Assembly: GCA_018396535.1 (NCBI GenBank)
Contig: JAGTQC010000004.1
Span: forward strand, 64,001 to 128,000
DNA length: 64,000 bases
Direction: 5' to 3'
Source: Candidatus Bathyarchaeota archaeon
GTDB lineage: Archaea > Thermoproteota > CALKCG01 > B24 > DRYS01
The notes under the pieces were generated by a model. It ran no database searches. It had not been told where the DNA came from and worked only from the letters and a program-made list of their open reading frames with translations. Shown piece after piece: positions 18,817 through 28,420 of the stretch. Both the position numbers and the translations under genes were made by a program. Each line of letters starts with the position of its first letter. Position 1 is the stretch's first letter.

Positions 18817-20028
18817 GTGAAGTCGAGGAAGGTTAGGGATGATCTTAGAGAGAGAGCTTTATCAGCTTTATCCAAACCCTCAACCTACGGTTTAGATATA
18901 GATTTATCAAGATTCACAGCTAGCCTAGGCTCAGATATCATGGATATAGAATCATATACAGATGCTATGCTATCCGTAGGGGTTGATCCTGAAGAGAGGG
19001 GGAGGGGTGGAAGCTACTATCAGATAGATAATGTAGCCGCATACTCCTCATCAAGATATAAAGGATTGATAGTGAAGCCTATAAGCGAAGCATTAGAAGA
19101 TGAATCTATCCTAGAATACTACTGGAAAGCAGTACCGGTAGATCTAGATAAGTATACAGCTACAGCCTTCCTATACGAGAAGGATGGATACTATATAGAG
19201 GTTAAGGATAGAGTCGAGATACCCATACCTGTACAAGCATGCATACTGTTAAAAAGCCCATCACTTATACAAGTCCCACATAACATAGTAGTAGTAGGTG
19301 AAGGATCCAAACTACACCTAATAACCGGGTGTACAGTAGCTAGAGAGAATCCGGGAGTACATATAGGAATATCAGAATTCTATGTTAAGAAGAATGGGCT
19401 CCTAACATTCACTATGATACATAGCTGGAGTAAGGGTATGCATATACGTCCAAGAACAATCGTATACGTAGAGGATGGAGGAATATTCATAAGCCAATAC
19501 ATATCAACATCGCTAGTAGATTCCATACAATCATACCCTACCATCCATCTAGTAGGAGAGAATAGCAGCTCCCACCTCTCATCGATAATAATCGGTAGAG
19601 GCTCATCGCATATAGATATAGGTGGAGCTATAGAGCTTAAAGCTCCAGGATCCACAGGCGAGGTTACATCTAGGGTTATATCTATGGATGAGAGTAGGAT
19701 TACATCTAGAGGTAGAATATCAGGGTTTATACGAGGAGTAAAGGGGCATATAGAATGTAGAGGACTCATACTCTCAGAAAACTCATCCATATACGCTATA
19801 CCAGAACTAGAAGCTAAAGCATACGATGTACAGCTAACACATGAAGCAGCTGTAGGTAGGATAGCAGAAGAGGAGATAATATACCTAATGGCTAAAGGAT
19901 TCACAGAGGATGAAGCTAGATCTATGATAATAAGAGGATTCCTACAACCTAAGATCCCTATACCACTACCTAGACAATTGGTAGACTATCTATCCATGGC
20001 TATGGAGAAGATAGCGTATGCACTTTAA
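18817..20028 (+). CDS. sufB: Fe-S assembly scaffold SufB/SufD family protein
   Basis: VQAC, HLITGCT, HIGISEFYV, GHIECRGL, LTHEAAVGRIAEEEIIYLMAKG. Confidence 0.9.
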   Translation: MKSRKVRDDLRERALSALSKPSTYGLDIDLSRFTASLGSDIMDIESYTDAMLSVGVDPEERGRGGSYYQIDNVAAYSSSRYKGLIVKPISEALEDESILEYYWKAVPVDLDKYTATAFLYEKDGYYIEVKDRVEIPIPVQACILLKSPSLIQVPHNIVVVGEGSKLHLITGCTVARENPGVHIGISEFYVKKNGLLTFTMIHSWSKGMHIRPRTIVYVEDGGIFISQYISTSLVDSIQSYPTIHLVGENSSSHLSSIIIGRGSSHIDIGGAIELKAPGSTGEVTSRVISMDESRITSRGRISGFIRGVKGHIECRGLILSENSSIYAIPELEAKAYDVQLTHEAAVGRIAEEEIIYLMAKGFTEDEARSMIIRGFLQPKIPIPLPRQLVDYLSMAMEKIAYAL

Positions 20029-20431
20029 ATACAGTAGATATACCACCCTATATGGCTTAATCGTATCTGGGAGAGGCGTCGCATCCAAATTCACATCATA
20101 CCGATGGTTCAAAGAATTTATAAGAGATAGATTCGGATTCACACCCACACCAGGCACCCTAAACATACTACTAGCACCTAGATCATCCATCATCCTCCAA
20201 AAAATTCTATCAAACCCTAACCTAGGAGTTAAGCTAGAACCCCCAGAAGGATTCAAACCAGCAGTACTATTCAAAGCTAGCATACTAGGCGTACCATCAG
20301 CTCTAGTACACCCAATCATAGAAGGTAGACGTATAGAGCTCGCCGAATTCGTATCACCAGTAAACTTTAGAAGATCATTCAACCTAAAGGATCTAACACC
20401 AATACTCGTACAGCTAGATATAGATAAATAG
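20018..20431 (+). CDS. ribK: CTP-dependent riboflavin kinase (no HTH domain)
   Basis: GLIVSGRGVA, GFTPTPGTLNI, VHP, FVSPVNFRRSFNLKD. Confidence 0.75.
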   Translation: MHFKYSRYTTLYGLIVSGRGVASKFTSYRWFKEFIRDRFGFTPTPGTLNILLAPRSSIILQKILSNPNLGVKLEPPEGFKPAVLFKASILGVPSALVHPIIEGRRIELAEFVSPVNFRRSFNLKDLTPILVQLDIDK

Positions 20432-20451
20432 CTGTAAGCATAACACATATA

Positions 20452-20534
20452 TTAGGCGATGAAGATTCTCCTCGCCGCTCCAGTCTGATGAGCTGCGGGG
20501 GCTCGGTGAAGACGCCTGCGACAACAGAGCCTAA
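20452..20534 (+). ncRNA. Box C/D-like sRNA
   Basis: Terminal stem TTAGGC/GCCTAA; box C ATGAAGA (20459-65), D' CTGA (20485-88), internal hairpin GAGC..GCTC, C' GTGAAGA (20506-12), D CAGA (20525-28); GC-rich intergenic patch. Confidence 0.75.
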
Positions 20535-20584
20535 CCCCCACATAGTAAACGTTTAAATCAGTATAGAACAAGCTATCTACCCCT

Positions 20585-21613
20585 ATGTACCATCTATCCA
20601 CCGATAAGCTTATCGAAGCTAAAGCTATGCTCCACAGTCATAGCACAGCTTCAGATGGTAGACTCCAACCTATAAAGGTTATAGAATACTACCGCTCAAA
20701 CGGTTTCAAAATAGTATCGCTAACCGATCATGGTAAGATAACAAAGCTAGATCAACCCCAAAACTGTATATTCATACCAGGCGTAGAGGTATCCGCAGGT
20801 AGATCTAAACTCGGCGAGCCATACCATATAGTAGCTCTCATGATCGAAGATGAAAGTATACTAGAAGCTAAGGATAACCCTCAAGAATTAATCGATAGAA
20901 TATCAAGCTCCGGAGGCTTATCCTTCATAGCCCACCCCCACTGGTCGAACCTAGTCTACGAAGATCTAGCAGAGCTTAAGGGGTACATAGGTATAGAAAT
21001 CTACAATACAGGCTGCGAAGTCGAGGTATCCAAAGGCTTCTCCACAACATACTGGGATAACATACTATCAAACAACCCCCGTATACTAGGATTAGCTGTG
21101 GATGATGCTCACAGATATACAACACCCCCGATCGACTCCCTAGGAGGATGGGTTACCCTCCTAATCGATGAAGAAAGCTGCGATTCAGCTATCGATGCTC
21201 TCAAGCATGGCAGATTCTACTCATCGATGGGTCCTGAGATAAAGCTTCTAGAAGCCTCCGATAACTCTATAGATATAGTATCATCACCTGTGGAGAAGGT
21301 TTCGATAATATCTGTTAACGGTAAGGGTTTCAGTCTAGCTATACCCGATCTAAGATTACTCATAAGATTATGGAAGGATAAGGAGGGGAGGCGGAGCATA
21401 GAGAATATAGTTTCATCGATCGACGTAGATGTAGGAAGGGAGGGTGAGGTTATAATGGTGGAATCAAGGTATGGTAAGATACGATTCATAATCGCTAGTG
21501 GAGGAATAACAAGCTTCTCCTGGAGGGGGAGGCTAGGATCAAAGTATATCAGAATCGAGGTTATGGATTACAACGGTCGTAGAGCATGGTCAAACCCTAT
21601 ACCTACATATTGA
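20585..21613 (+). CDS. PHP-domain metallohydrolase (CehA/McbA-like)
   Basis: HSHSTASDG, LTDH, PGVE, IAHP, EIYN, DDAH. Confidence 0.85.
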   Translation: MYHLSTDKLIEAKAMLHSHSTASDGRLQPIKVIEYYRSNGFKIVSLTDHGKITKLDQPQNCIFIPGVEVSAGRSKLGEPYHIVALMIEDESILEAKDNPQELIDRISSSGGLSFIAHPHWSNLVYEDLAELKGYIGIEIYNTGCEVEVSKGFSTTYWDNILSNNPRILGLAVDDAHRYTTPPIDSLGGWVTLLIDEESCDSAIDALKHGRFYSSMGPEIKLLEASDNSIDIVSSPVEKVSIISVNGKGFSLAIPDLRLLIRLWKDKEGRRSIENIVSSIDVDVGREGEVIMVESRYGKIRFIIASGGITSFSWRGRLGSKYIRIEVMDYNGRRAWSNPIPTY

Positions 21614-21707
21614 TGTATACCGTACCTCCCACACTCGCTAATACGAATCCCTACTAAACGTTTTAGAATTAGAATTTTATACAATACATGGCATAGCGTA
21701 TAGTAGA

Positions 21708-23210
21708 ATGCCTGTAAAAGTATCTATAGGACGTAGAGGTATCATAGCCGATCATCCTATAGCTGTTAAGGTAGGATTAGATATTATAGAGGATGGAGGC
21801 AACATCTTCGATACCGCTATATCCGTAAGCGCTGCTCTCTCAGTCGTCCAGCCGCAGATGAGTGGACCCGGTGGTGATGGCTTCATACTAGGATTCCTCG
21901 ATGATGAAGTTATAGCCTACGCATCCTCAGGCGCATCCCCTAGCGGATTCGATACAGATAGGTATCTCGAAGAGAAGCCTACTAGAGGCCCCTTAACAGT
22001 AACGATACCCGGTCTCGTATATCTATGGGGCTACCTCTACGAAAACTACGCATCCCTACCCTTAGAGAAGCTTCTGAAACCAGCTATAGATCTAGCCTAC
22101 AACGGATTCTATGCAGGCTGGCTCCTATCATCCTCATCCAAAGCTTATGAAATAGATCTAGATAGCTATGAGTGGAGAAGGTATTTCAAAGGTTTAAAGC
22201 TAGGGGATCTCGTAGTCAATAAAGAGCTAGCTAGAACATTGAAGCTTATAGCTTCTAGAGGTTGGAGAGAATTCTATGAAGGTGAACTCGCTGAGGAGAT
22301 GGTAGCTCAGCTTAGAGAGCAGGGTGTAGGCGTATGTATAGACGATTTTAGAAATCATAGAGGTATAGAGGTTAAGCCTCTAAAACTCGAGGCTGACGAT
22401 CAGATACTATACGAGCTTCCCCCTAATACCCAAGGTGTAGCTACGCTTCAATCGATAACCGCTCTATACGAGCTCGGTATGAGTAGGCTAGCATTCGATG
22501 ATAGTGAGAGGATAAAGGCTTGGAGTAAACCTATAGAGAGGATATACTGGTTTAGGGATACGTTTCTAGGCGACCCAGGCTTCATGAAGATCGATATAGA
22601 AGATTATAAAACATTCTCATCCATAGAGAAGCTTCAACAGATCGAAGCATGCAGGGATCCTCCTAGCGGGATAGGTGATACAACATTCTTCGTAGTATCT
22701 GATAGCGATGTTATCCTAGGCTTCATACAAAGCCTATTCCACCCATTCGGATCAGGTCTTATAGCTGGAGGCTTCCCCATACAGAATCGTGGAGTCGGCT
22801 TCGCTAAAGAAAGAGGTTTACCGAATAGCCCAGCACCATGCAAGAAGCCCCTCCATACACTATCGATCTTAGCTATCGAAAACGAGGATAGGAAGTATAT
22901 AGTAGGATGCGTAGGAGGTGATGTTAGACCTCAGCTTCATTTAAGAGTCTACGAGAATATATTCATCTACAAGATGAATCCTGTAGAAGCCGTGGATGCT
23001 CCAAGATTCATGTACACCGTACCTAGGGGTATACAGAAGGTGATCGTCGAGGAGCCGTTGAAGCCTCCCAGATTATCGAGTAGCATAGAAGCAGTACAAG
23101 TCGGGTATTATGGTAGCCCAGGCTACGTTCACGTAGCAGTACTCGATAAGGGGAGAACGCTACTAGCTAGCGATCCTAGAAGCGAGGGTATAGCGTTAGC
23201 TATCCGATAA
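21708..23210 (+). CDS. ggt: Gamma-glutamyltransferase family protein
   Basis: GGNIFD, MSGPGGDGF, LPPNTQG, GDTT nucleophile site, QSLFHPFGSG, NRG, PLHTL, SDPRSEG. Confidence 0.9.
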   Translation: MPVKVSIGRRGIIADHPIAVKVGLDIIEDGGNIFDTAISVSAALSVVQPQMSGPGGDGFILGFLDDEVIAYASSGASPSGFDTDRYLEEKPTRGPLTVTIPGLVYLWGYLYENYASLPLEKLLKPAIDLAYNGFYAGWLLSSSSKAYEIDLDSYEWRRYFKGLKLGDLVVNKELARTLKLIASRGWREFYEGELAEEMVAQLREQGVGVCIDDFRNHRGIEVKPLKLEADDQILYELPPNTQGVATLQSITALYELGMSRLAFDDSERIKAWSKPIERIYWFRDTFLGDPGFMKIDIEDYKTFSSIEKLQQIEACRDPPSGIGDTTFFVVSDSDVILGFIQSLFHPFGSGLIAGGFPIQNRGVGFAKERGLPNSPAPCKKPLHTLSILAIENEDRKYIVGCVGGDVRPQLHLRVYENIFIYKMNPVEAVDAPRFMYTVPRGIQKVIVEEPLKPPRLSSSIEAVQVGYYGSPGYVHVAVLDKGRTLLASDPRSEGIALAIR

Positions 23211-23226
23211 CCATAGCTATCATACA

Positions 23227-24141
23227 CTATCCTCCCACATACTCCCTCCAGTATCTGGAGCTTTCTCTAAGCTCCTCAAGTACCTTATCATCCGGGTACT
23301 CGAATGGATGTATAACCTCTAGGAATAGGTATACCCTACCAGCTCCCCCCTCATCCAGAGTCGAGATGAGTTTAGATGGCTGTATTATACCGATCCTATT
23401 ATACTCTACGGTGAACGGCCAGTGTCTATCAGCCTTACCATCGGTTTGCTGTACATGTATGCAAGGCGTATACTTAGATAGCCTCCTAACCCATTCATAG
23501 GGATCCCTATCCTCTGGTGTAGGTGCCTCCGGGTTACATGCATGACCTAGATCTATACATAGCTTTACCGAAGCTTTAGGATCCCTAGATACCTCCGCCA
23601 TAAGATACTCTGCTTCAGATATAGTCGAGGGCACCTCCCTCGGTACAGGCATAGGCTCTACTAGTATACTCTTCAAACCTAGATCTAAAGCCCTATATGA
23701 TAGAGATTTCAGCGAATCTATAAGGATCGATTCTATATACGATCTCCTACCCCTATCCCTATAATCTCTTACAGACATAGCTCCCACATGCCCACCTACA
23801 GCTTCAGCTCTAAACCTAGATGCAAGCTCTATAGCTTTAACATACCAGCTATATCCATCCATCCTCATAGACATATATGGATGGGATAGTAAATTGAAGG
23901 AATACGCTGCCAACCCTGTGAAGCAGCTTTGAATAATTACACCATAGCTTCTACAAGCATCTATAGTCCTGTATACGATATCATCCAAAGCCTCCGGGTT
24001 CGACCTGGGATCTAGTAGATCATATGAGAATTGCACATATCTCAGATCCAGTTTGCTAGCTACTATCTCAACCCATACCTCAGGCTCGATCCATCTCTTA
24101 ACAGCCCAGCAATTATTTATACCTAGGATAGGTTCAACCAT
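23227..24141 (-). CDS. Xylose-isomerase-like TIM-barrel sugar-phosphate epimerase (EryC-like)
   Basis: LGINNCWAVKRW, EPMP, DLGH, HVQQTDG..DRHWPFT, FLEV. Confidence 0.75.
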   Translation of the reverse strand: MVEPILGINNCWAVKRWIEPEVWVEIVASKLDLRYVQFSYDLLDPRSNPEALDDIVYRTIDACRSYGVIIQSCFTGLAAYSFNLLSHPYMSMRMDGYSWYVKAIELASRFRAEAVGGHVGAMSVRDYRDRGRRSYIESILIDSLKSLSYRALDLGLKSILVEPMPVPREVPSTISEAEYLMAEVSRDPKASVKLCIDLGHACNPEAPTPEDRDPYEWVRRLSKYTPCIHVQQTDGKADRHWPFTVEYNRIGIIQPSKLISTLDEGGAGRVYLFLEVIHPFEYPDDKVLEELRESSRYWREYVGG

Positions 24142-24279
24142 AATACACCACCATTATGATCCGAATAGAAATCTACGGATAGTATACCATATAAGGCTTA
24201 CCCTTCACATCAGTATACTTCCAGAGATAGCTTTAACTCTCTATGGATACCTATGCTCTATCAGAGGTGTCCTCTAGGT

Positions 24280-25107
24280 TTGTGTACGATAGGTAAAATC
24301 CTCAGGCTTAGAAGGATATTTCGTAGAGATACTGGTAGATCGTTCATAGTAGCTATAGATCATGGTGTTAGATTCGGAGCTATAAAGGGTATAGAGGATC
24401 CACGTATACCTGTTAAAGCTGCTAGGGATGGCGGTGCAGACGCTGTTATGGCTACACCCGCTATAGCTAGGATAATATACGATGATCTCGGAGATATGTC
24501 TCTAATAGCTAGGATCGATGGAGCTGCTACGATCATAGGTCCAGATATAACAGATGACGATATAATATCCCCGGTCGAGGATGCTATCGCTATAGGAGCT
24601 GATGCAGTAGTAGCCTTCGGATATGTAGGAGTAGAGAAGGAGAAGTCTAGTCTTAGAAAGCTTAGCATAATATCATCAAGATGTTTCAGATACGGTATCC
24701 CCCTCATGGCTGAGATGATCCCTCCAGAACTATCATCCAAACACTACGCTAAGAAGAAGGGTGAATGGGAGGTGGATATAGATAGGCTTAAACTAGCTGT
24801 TAGAGTTGGAGCAGAGCTTGGAGCCGATATGATAAAAACATACTATACCGGTGATCCAGATAGTTTTAAAGAAGTCGTTAAAGCCTCCCCCATACCCATA
24901 CTAGTATTAGGCGGCCCACCTACAGATAGCGTGGAAGACTTCCTATCCATGATAGAGGCATCTATAGAAGCAGGAGCTAGGGGGGCTGTCATAGGTAGGA
25001 ATGTATGGCAGCATAGTAATCCAACAATCATGGTTAAAGCTCTATCAGGTATAGTTCACAGATACATATCTCTAGAGGAGGCTATGAGATGGCTGAGAGA
25101 AGGTTGA
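24280..25107 (+). CDS. Class I aldolase, DhnA/LsrF family
   Basis: IVAIDHG, GADAV, AELGADMIKTYYTG (Schiff-base Lys), VLGG, IGRNVWQ; start moved to TTG 24280. Confidence 0.88.
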   Translation: MCTIGKILRLRRIFRRDTGRSFIVAIDHGVRFGAIKGIEDPRIPVKAARDGGADAVMATPAIARIIYDDLGDMSLIARIDGAATIIGPDITDDDIISPVEDAIAIGADAVVAFGYVGVEKEKSSLRKLSIISSRCFRYGIPLMAEMIPPELSSKHYAKKKGEWEVDIDRLKLAVRVGAELGADMIKTYYTGDPDSFKEVVKASPIPILVLGGPPTDSVEDFLSMIEASIEAGARGAVIGRNVWQHSNPTIMVKALSGIVHRYISLEEAMRWLREG

Positions 25108-26618
25108 AGCCACCATATATACTAGGTATAGATTCAGGTACATCTGCATGTAAAGCCGCTCTATTCACCCTAGACGGATGCGTAGTAGCTGAGACATCGG
25201 TAGAGCATAGGATATATCATCCTAGACCAGATTATGCCGAGCAGGATCCGCTTGAATGGTGGTATTCGACGGTTAAAGCTATCTCCTCTATCATTAGGGG
25301 TTCTGGTATAGAACCAAGCGATATAGTAGGGTTATCAGTAGACTCCCAGAGGGAGGCTGTAGTATTCCTAGATAGTAGTGGAGAAAGGCTTACACGGAGT
25401 ATAATATGGCTTGATCGTAGAGCTATACCTCAAACCCAAGCTATATCTAGGATGATAGACCCAGATAGGATACTAGAAGTTACAGGTTTACCTTTAGACT
25501 TCATATTCTCAGCTCCAAAGATACTATGGGTTAAGGAGAATATGCCTGAAACCTATACTAGAACATGGAGGATACTATGCGCTAAGGATTACATAGTGTA
25601 CAGGCTTACAGGAAACACCGTCACGGATTACACGATGGCTTCTAGGACTATGCTATTCGATATACATAAGCTCAGATGGTCTGATGAGATATGCGAAGCT
25701 CTAGGTATAGATCCATCCATACTACCAGAAGCTATAGGTTCATGGGAGGTTGCAGGTGAGGTTACAGAGAGTGCAGCTGAAGCTACCGGGTTAAAACCAG
25801 GTACACCTGTAGCATGTGGTGGAGGAGATAGGCCTTGCGAAGCCTTAGGCGCAGGTGTAGTAGATGAGGGTATGGCTAATATAGGTACAGGTACAGGATC
25901 AGTATTCGAGATACCTCTAGAGAAACCTAAACCTGATAGAGGTATGCGCTTCGATTGCTGCCTCCACGTAGTACCAGGTAGATGGGAGTATGAAGGTATA
26001 GTTAACGCTACAGGCGCATCCCTAAGATGGTTTAGAGATACCTTCTGTCTAACCGAGGCTGTAGAAGCTGGGAGGAGGGGGTTATCGATATACTCAATCC
26101 TAGATGAGGAGGCATCCAAGATCCCAGCGGGATGTGAGGGATTATACTATTATCCACACCTATGGGGTGCACGTCTACCTAAACCTAATCCTAAAGCTAG
26201 AGGCGTGTTCTACGGCATACTACACAGCCATGGTAGAGGACACTTCGTTAGAGCTATACTCGAAGCAGCTGCATTCCAATACCTAGGTACCCTAAGGATA
26301 TTGAGAGAATTAGGCATAGATATTAAGCATATACGTATGGTGGGAGGCGAATCTAAGAGTAGTATCTGGAATAGGATAAAAGCTGATGTAATGGGTATCA
26401 GGGTGGAGATACCTGTTATAAGAGATGCAGCTGCACTAGGCTCAGCTATACTTGGAGGCGTAGCTGCAGGAGTTTATAGAGATCCTAGATCAGCTGCATT
26501 AGAGATGGTAAGGATAGGTGAAGTCTACGATCCAGATCCATCTACTCATAGAGTATACGAGTCCATATACGAGGATTATATCAGAGTTTATCGTAGTATA
26601 GAGGAGACATTCATGTAG
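25104..26618 (+). CDS. FGGY-family carbohydrate kinase (xylulokinase-like)
   Basis: LGIDSGTSACKA, EQDP, WLDRR, KDYI, ASRT, GGGD, GTGT; TTG start overlaps the aldolase stop (TTGA). Confidence 0.9.
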   Translation: MKPPYILGIDSGTSACKAALFTLDGCVVAETSVEHRIYHPRPDYAEQDPLEWWYSTVKAISSIIRGSGIEPSDIVGLSVDSQREAVVFLDSSGERLTRSIIWLDRRAIPQTQAISRMIDPDRILEVTGLPLDFIFSAPKILWVKENMPETYTRTWRILCAKDYIVYRLTGNTVTDYTMASRTMLFDIHKLRWSDEICEALGIDPSILPEAIGSWEVAGEVTESAAEATGLKPGTPVACGGGDRPCEALGAGVVDEGMANIGTGTGSVFEIPLEKPKPDRGMRFDCCLHVVPGRWEYEGIVNATGASLRWFRDTFCLTEAVEAGRRGLSIYSILDEEASKIPAGCEGLYYYPHLWGARLPKPNPKARGVFYGILHSHGRGHFVRAILEAAAFQYLGTLRILRELGIDIKHIRMVGGESKSSIWNRIKADVMGIRVEIPVIRDAAALGSAILGGVAAGVYRDPRSAALEMVRIGEVYDPDPSTHRVYESIYEDYIRVYRSIEETFM

Positions 26619-26678
26619 AATAACCTCTCTACTAAAGTTAATCTACCCCTATGGTCTAATTCTATATAGGTGGCGTTC

Positions 26679-27938
26679 ATGGCTAAACTCGCTATTAAAG
26701 GAGGTAGACCTGAAGCAGGAGAGTTGAAGAAGCTTATACCTCCATGGCCTCCTCTAAACGATAAGATAATTTCATCTCTGATTAAAGCTTTAGAGGATAG
26801 GCGTTGGTGTCGATTATACCCCGGCTCCCTATGTGAAAGGTTTGAGGAGAAGTTTGCTAAATTCCATGATGCTAAGTATGGTGTAGCAGTAGCTAACGGA
26901 ACCGTTGCGCTCGAACTCGCATTCAAAACGTTAGGGGTAGGCTATGGAGATGAGGTTATAGTACCTGCTGTTACATTCATAGCTACGGCTTCAGCTGTTA
27001 CAGAAGTTGGTGGTATACCTATATTCACAGATATAGATCCTGAAACAGCGGTTATATCACCTAAATCTCTTAGAGCTACGATAGAGGAGAGGATGGATAG
27101 GGGTGGAAGGGTTAAGGGTATTACTGTCGTACACTACGGAGGCTATCCCGTTGATATGGATTCTATACTCGATATAGCTAAGGAATACGGTTTATTCGTA
27201 GTAGAGGACTGCGCTCATGCTCATGGATCTGAATGGAGGGGGCGTAAAGTCGGAGCTATAGGTGATATGGGCTGCTTCAGCTTCCAGGAGAGTAAATCTA
27301 TGACCGCCGGTGAGGGTGGTATAGTCATAACGAATAGAGACGATCTGATAGATAAGGCTAGACTCATACATAATATAGGTAGGGTTGTAGGTAAGCCAGG
27401 CTACATACACTATATACTATCGTCGAATTACAGGATGACAGAGCTTCAAGCAGCGATACTATTAGAGGTTTTAGAGATGTATCCGGAGCAGCTTAGATTT
27501 AAACATGAAATCGGTGAGTATCTAGCATCTAAGCTATCCAAGATAGGTGGTGTAGATCCTTTAAGGAGAGATCCACGTATAACTATGAGAGGCTACTACT
27601 ACTTCGTCATAAGGTATAATCCTAGGGAATTCGAGGATCTTCCTAAAGAGAGGTTTATAGAAGCTTTAAGAGCTGAAGGCGTACCTGCAAGCGTAGGCTA
27701 TGGTATGCCTCTATACAGGCAGCCAGCCTTCACTAGGGAGAGGCTTATAGAATCTGTATCTAAGGAGTTGGTGGAGCGTATGCCTAGATACGAGGATATC
27801 TACCTACCTGGAGCTGAATCCTTCTGCTCTTCAGAAGTAACACTTCCACATCAAGTCTTATTAGCTGGTAAGGATGGAGCTGATCTAATCGTAGCTGCTA
27901 TAGAGAAGATTAAGGAAAATGTATACGAGCTCCTATAA
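26679..27938 (+). CDS. DegT/DnrJ/EryC1/StrS-family sugar/inosose aminotransferase
   Basis: NGTVALE, GDEVIVP, TFIAT, EDCAHAHG, FSFQESKSMTAGEGG, NYRMTELQAA. Confidence 0.9.
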   Translation: MAKLAIKGGRPEAGELKKLIPPWPPLNDKIISSLIKALEDRRWCRLYPGSLCERFEEKFAKFHDAKYGVAVANGTVALELAFKTLGVGYGDEVIVPAVTFIATASAVTEVGGIPIFTDIDPETAVISPKSLRATIEERMDRGGRVKGITVVHYGGYPVDMDSILDIAKEYGLFVVEDCAHAHGSEWRGRKVGAIGDMGCFSFQESKSMTAGEGGIVITNRDDLIDKARLIHNIGRVVGKPGYIHYILSSNYRMTELQAAILLEVLEMYPEQLRFKHEIGEYLASKLSKIGGVDPLRRDPRITMRGYYYFVIRYNPREFEDLPKERFIEALRAEGVPASVGYGMPLYRQPAFTRERLIESVSKELVERMPRYEDIYLPGAESFCSSEVTLPHQVLLAGKDGADLIVAAIEKIKENVYELL

Positions 27939-27966
27939 TCCAGTACATACCGTATGGTGTAGATCT

Positions 27967-28416
27967 ATGAGGATAGCCGTAGGCTCAGACGATGCGTATA
28001 GTATAGCTAGGTTCATCTACGAGTATGTTAGATCTAAGGGTTATGATGTTATAGCTATAGGAGCTCTTAAGACTGGGAAACCTGAATCATGGGTTAGAGT
28101 CGGGTTCGAAGTTGCTAGATGCATAGCTGATCGTATAGCTGATACAGGTATACTATTATGCTATACTGGTACAGGCGTATGTATCGCAGCTAACAAGGTT
28201 AGAGGGGTTAGAGCTGCTCTAGTATTCGATGCTACAACCGCTAGGTATGCTAGGTTATGGAACGATGCTAACATCCTCGTATTAAGTGCTAGGCTAGTTT
28301 CTGAAGAAGTGGCGAGGGAGATAGTGGATGCATGGCTTTCTATAGATAAGCCTGATCCAAGCGAATCAGAGAATATTATGTTGCTAGATAGGTTGGATAT
28401 AGATAGATGCTTGTAG
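27967..28416 (+). CDS. RpiB/LacA/LacB family sugar-phosphate isomerase
   Basis: MRIAVGSD, GILLCYTGTGVCIAANKVRGVRAAL, ARLWNDANIL; start moved to ATG 27967. Confidence 0.9.
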   Translation: MRIAVGSDDAYSIARFIYEYVRSKGYDVIAIGALKTGKPESWVRVGFEVARCIADRIADTGILLCYTGTGVCIAANKVRGVRAALVFDATTARYARLWNDANILVLSARLVSEEVAREIVDAWLSIDKPDPSESENIMLLDRLDIDRCL

Positions 28417-28420
28417 ATCG

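Noticed and set aside
20485-20515. Hammerhead ribozyme suggested by CTGATGAG
   Set aside because: No GAAA core or three-stem junction; the box C/D arrangement fits better.
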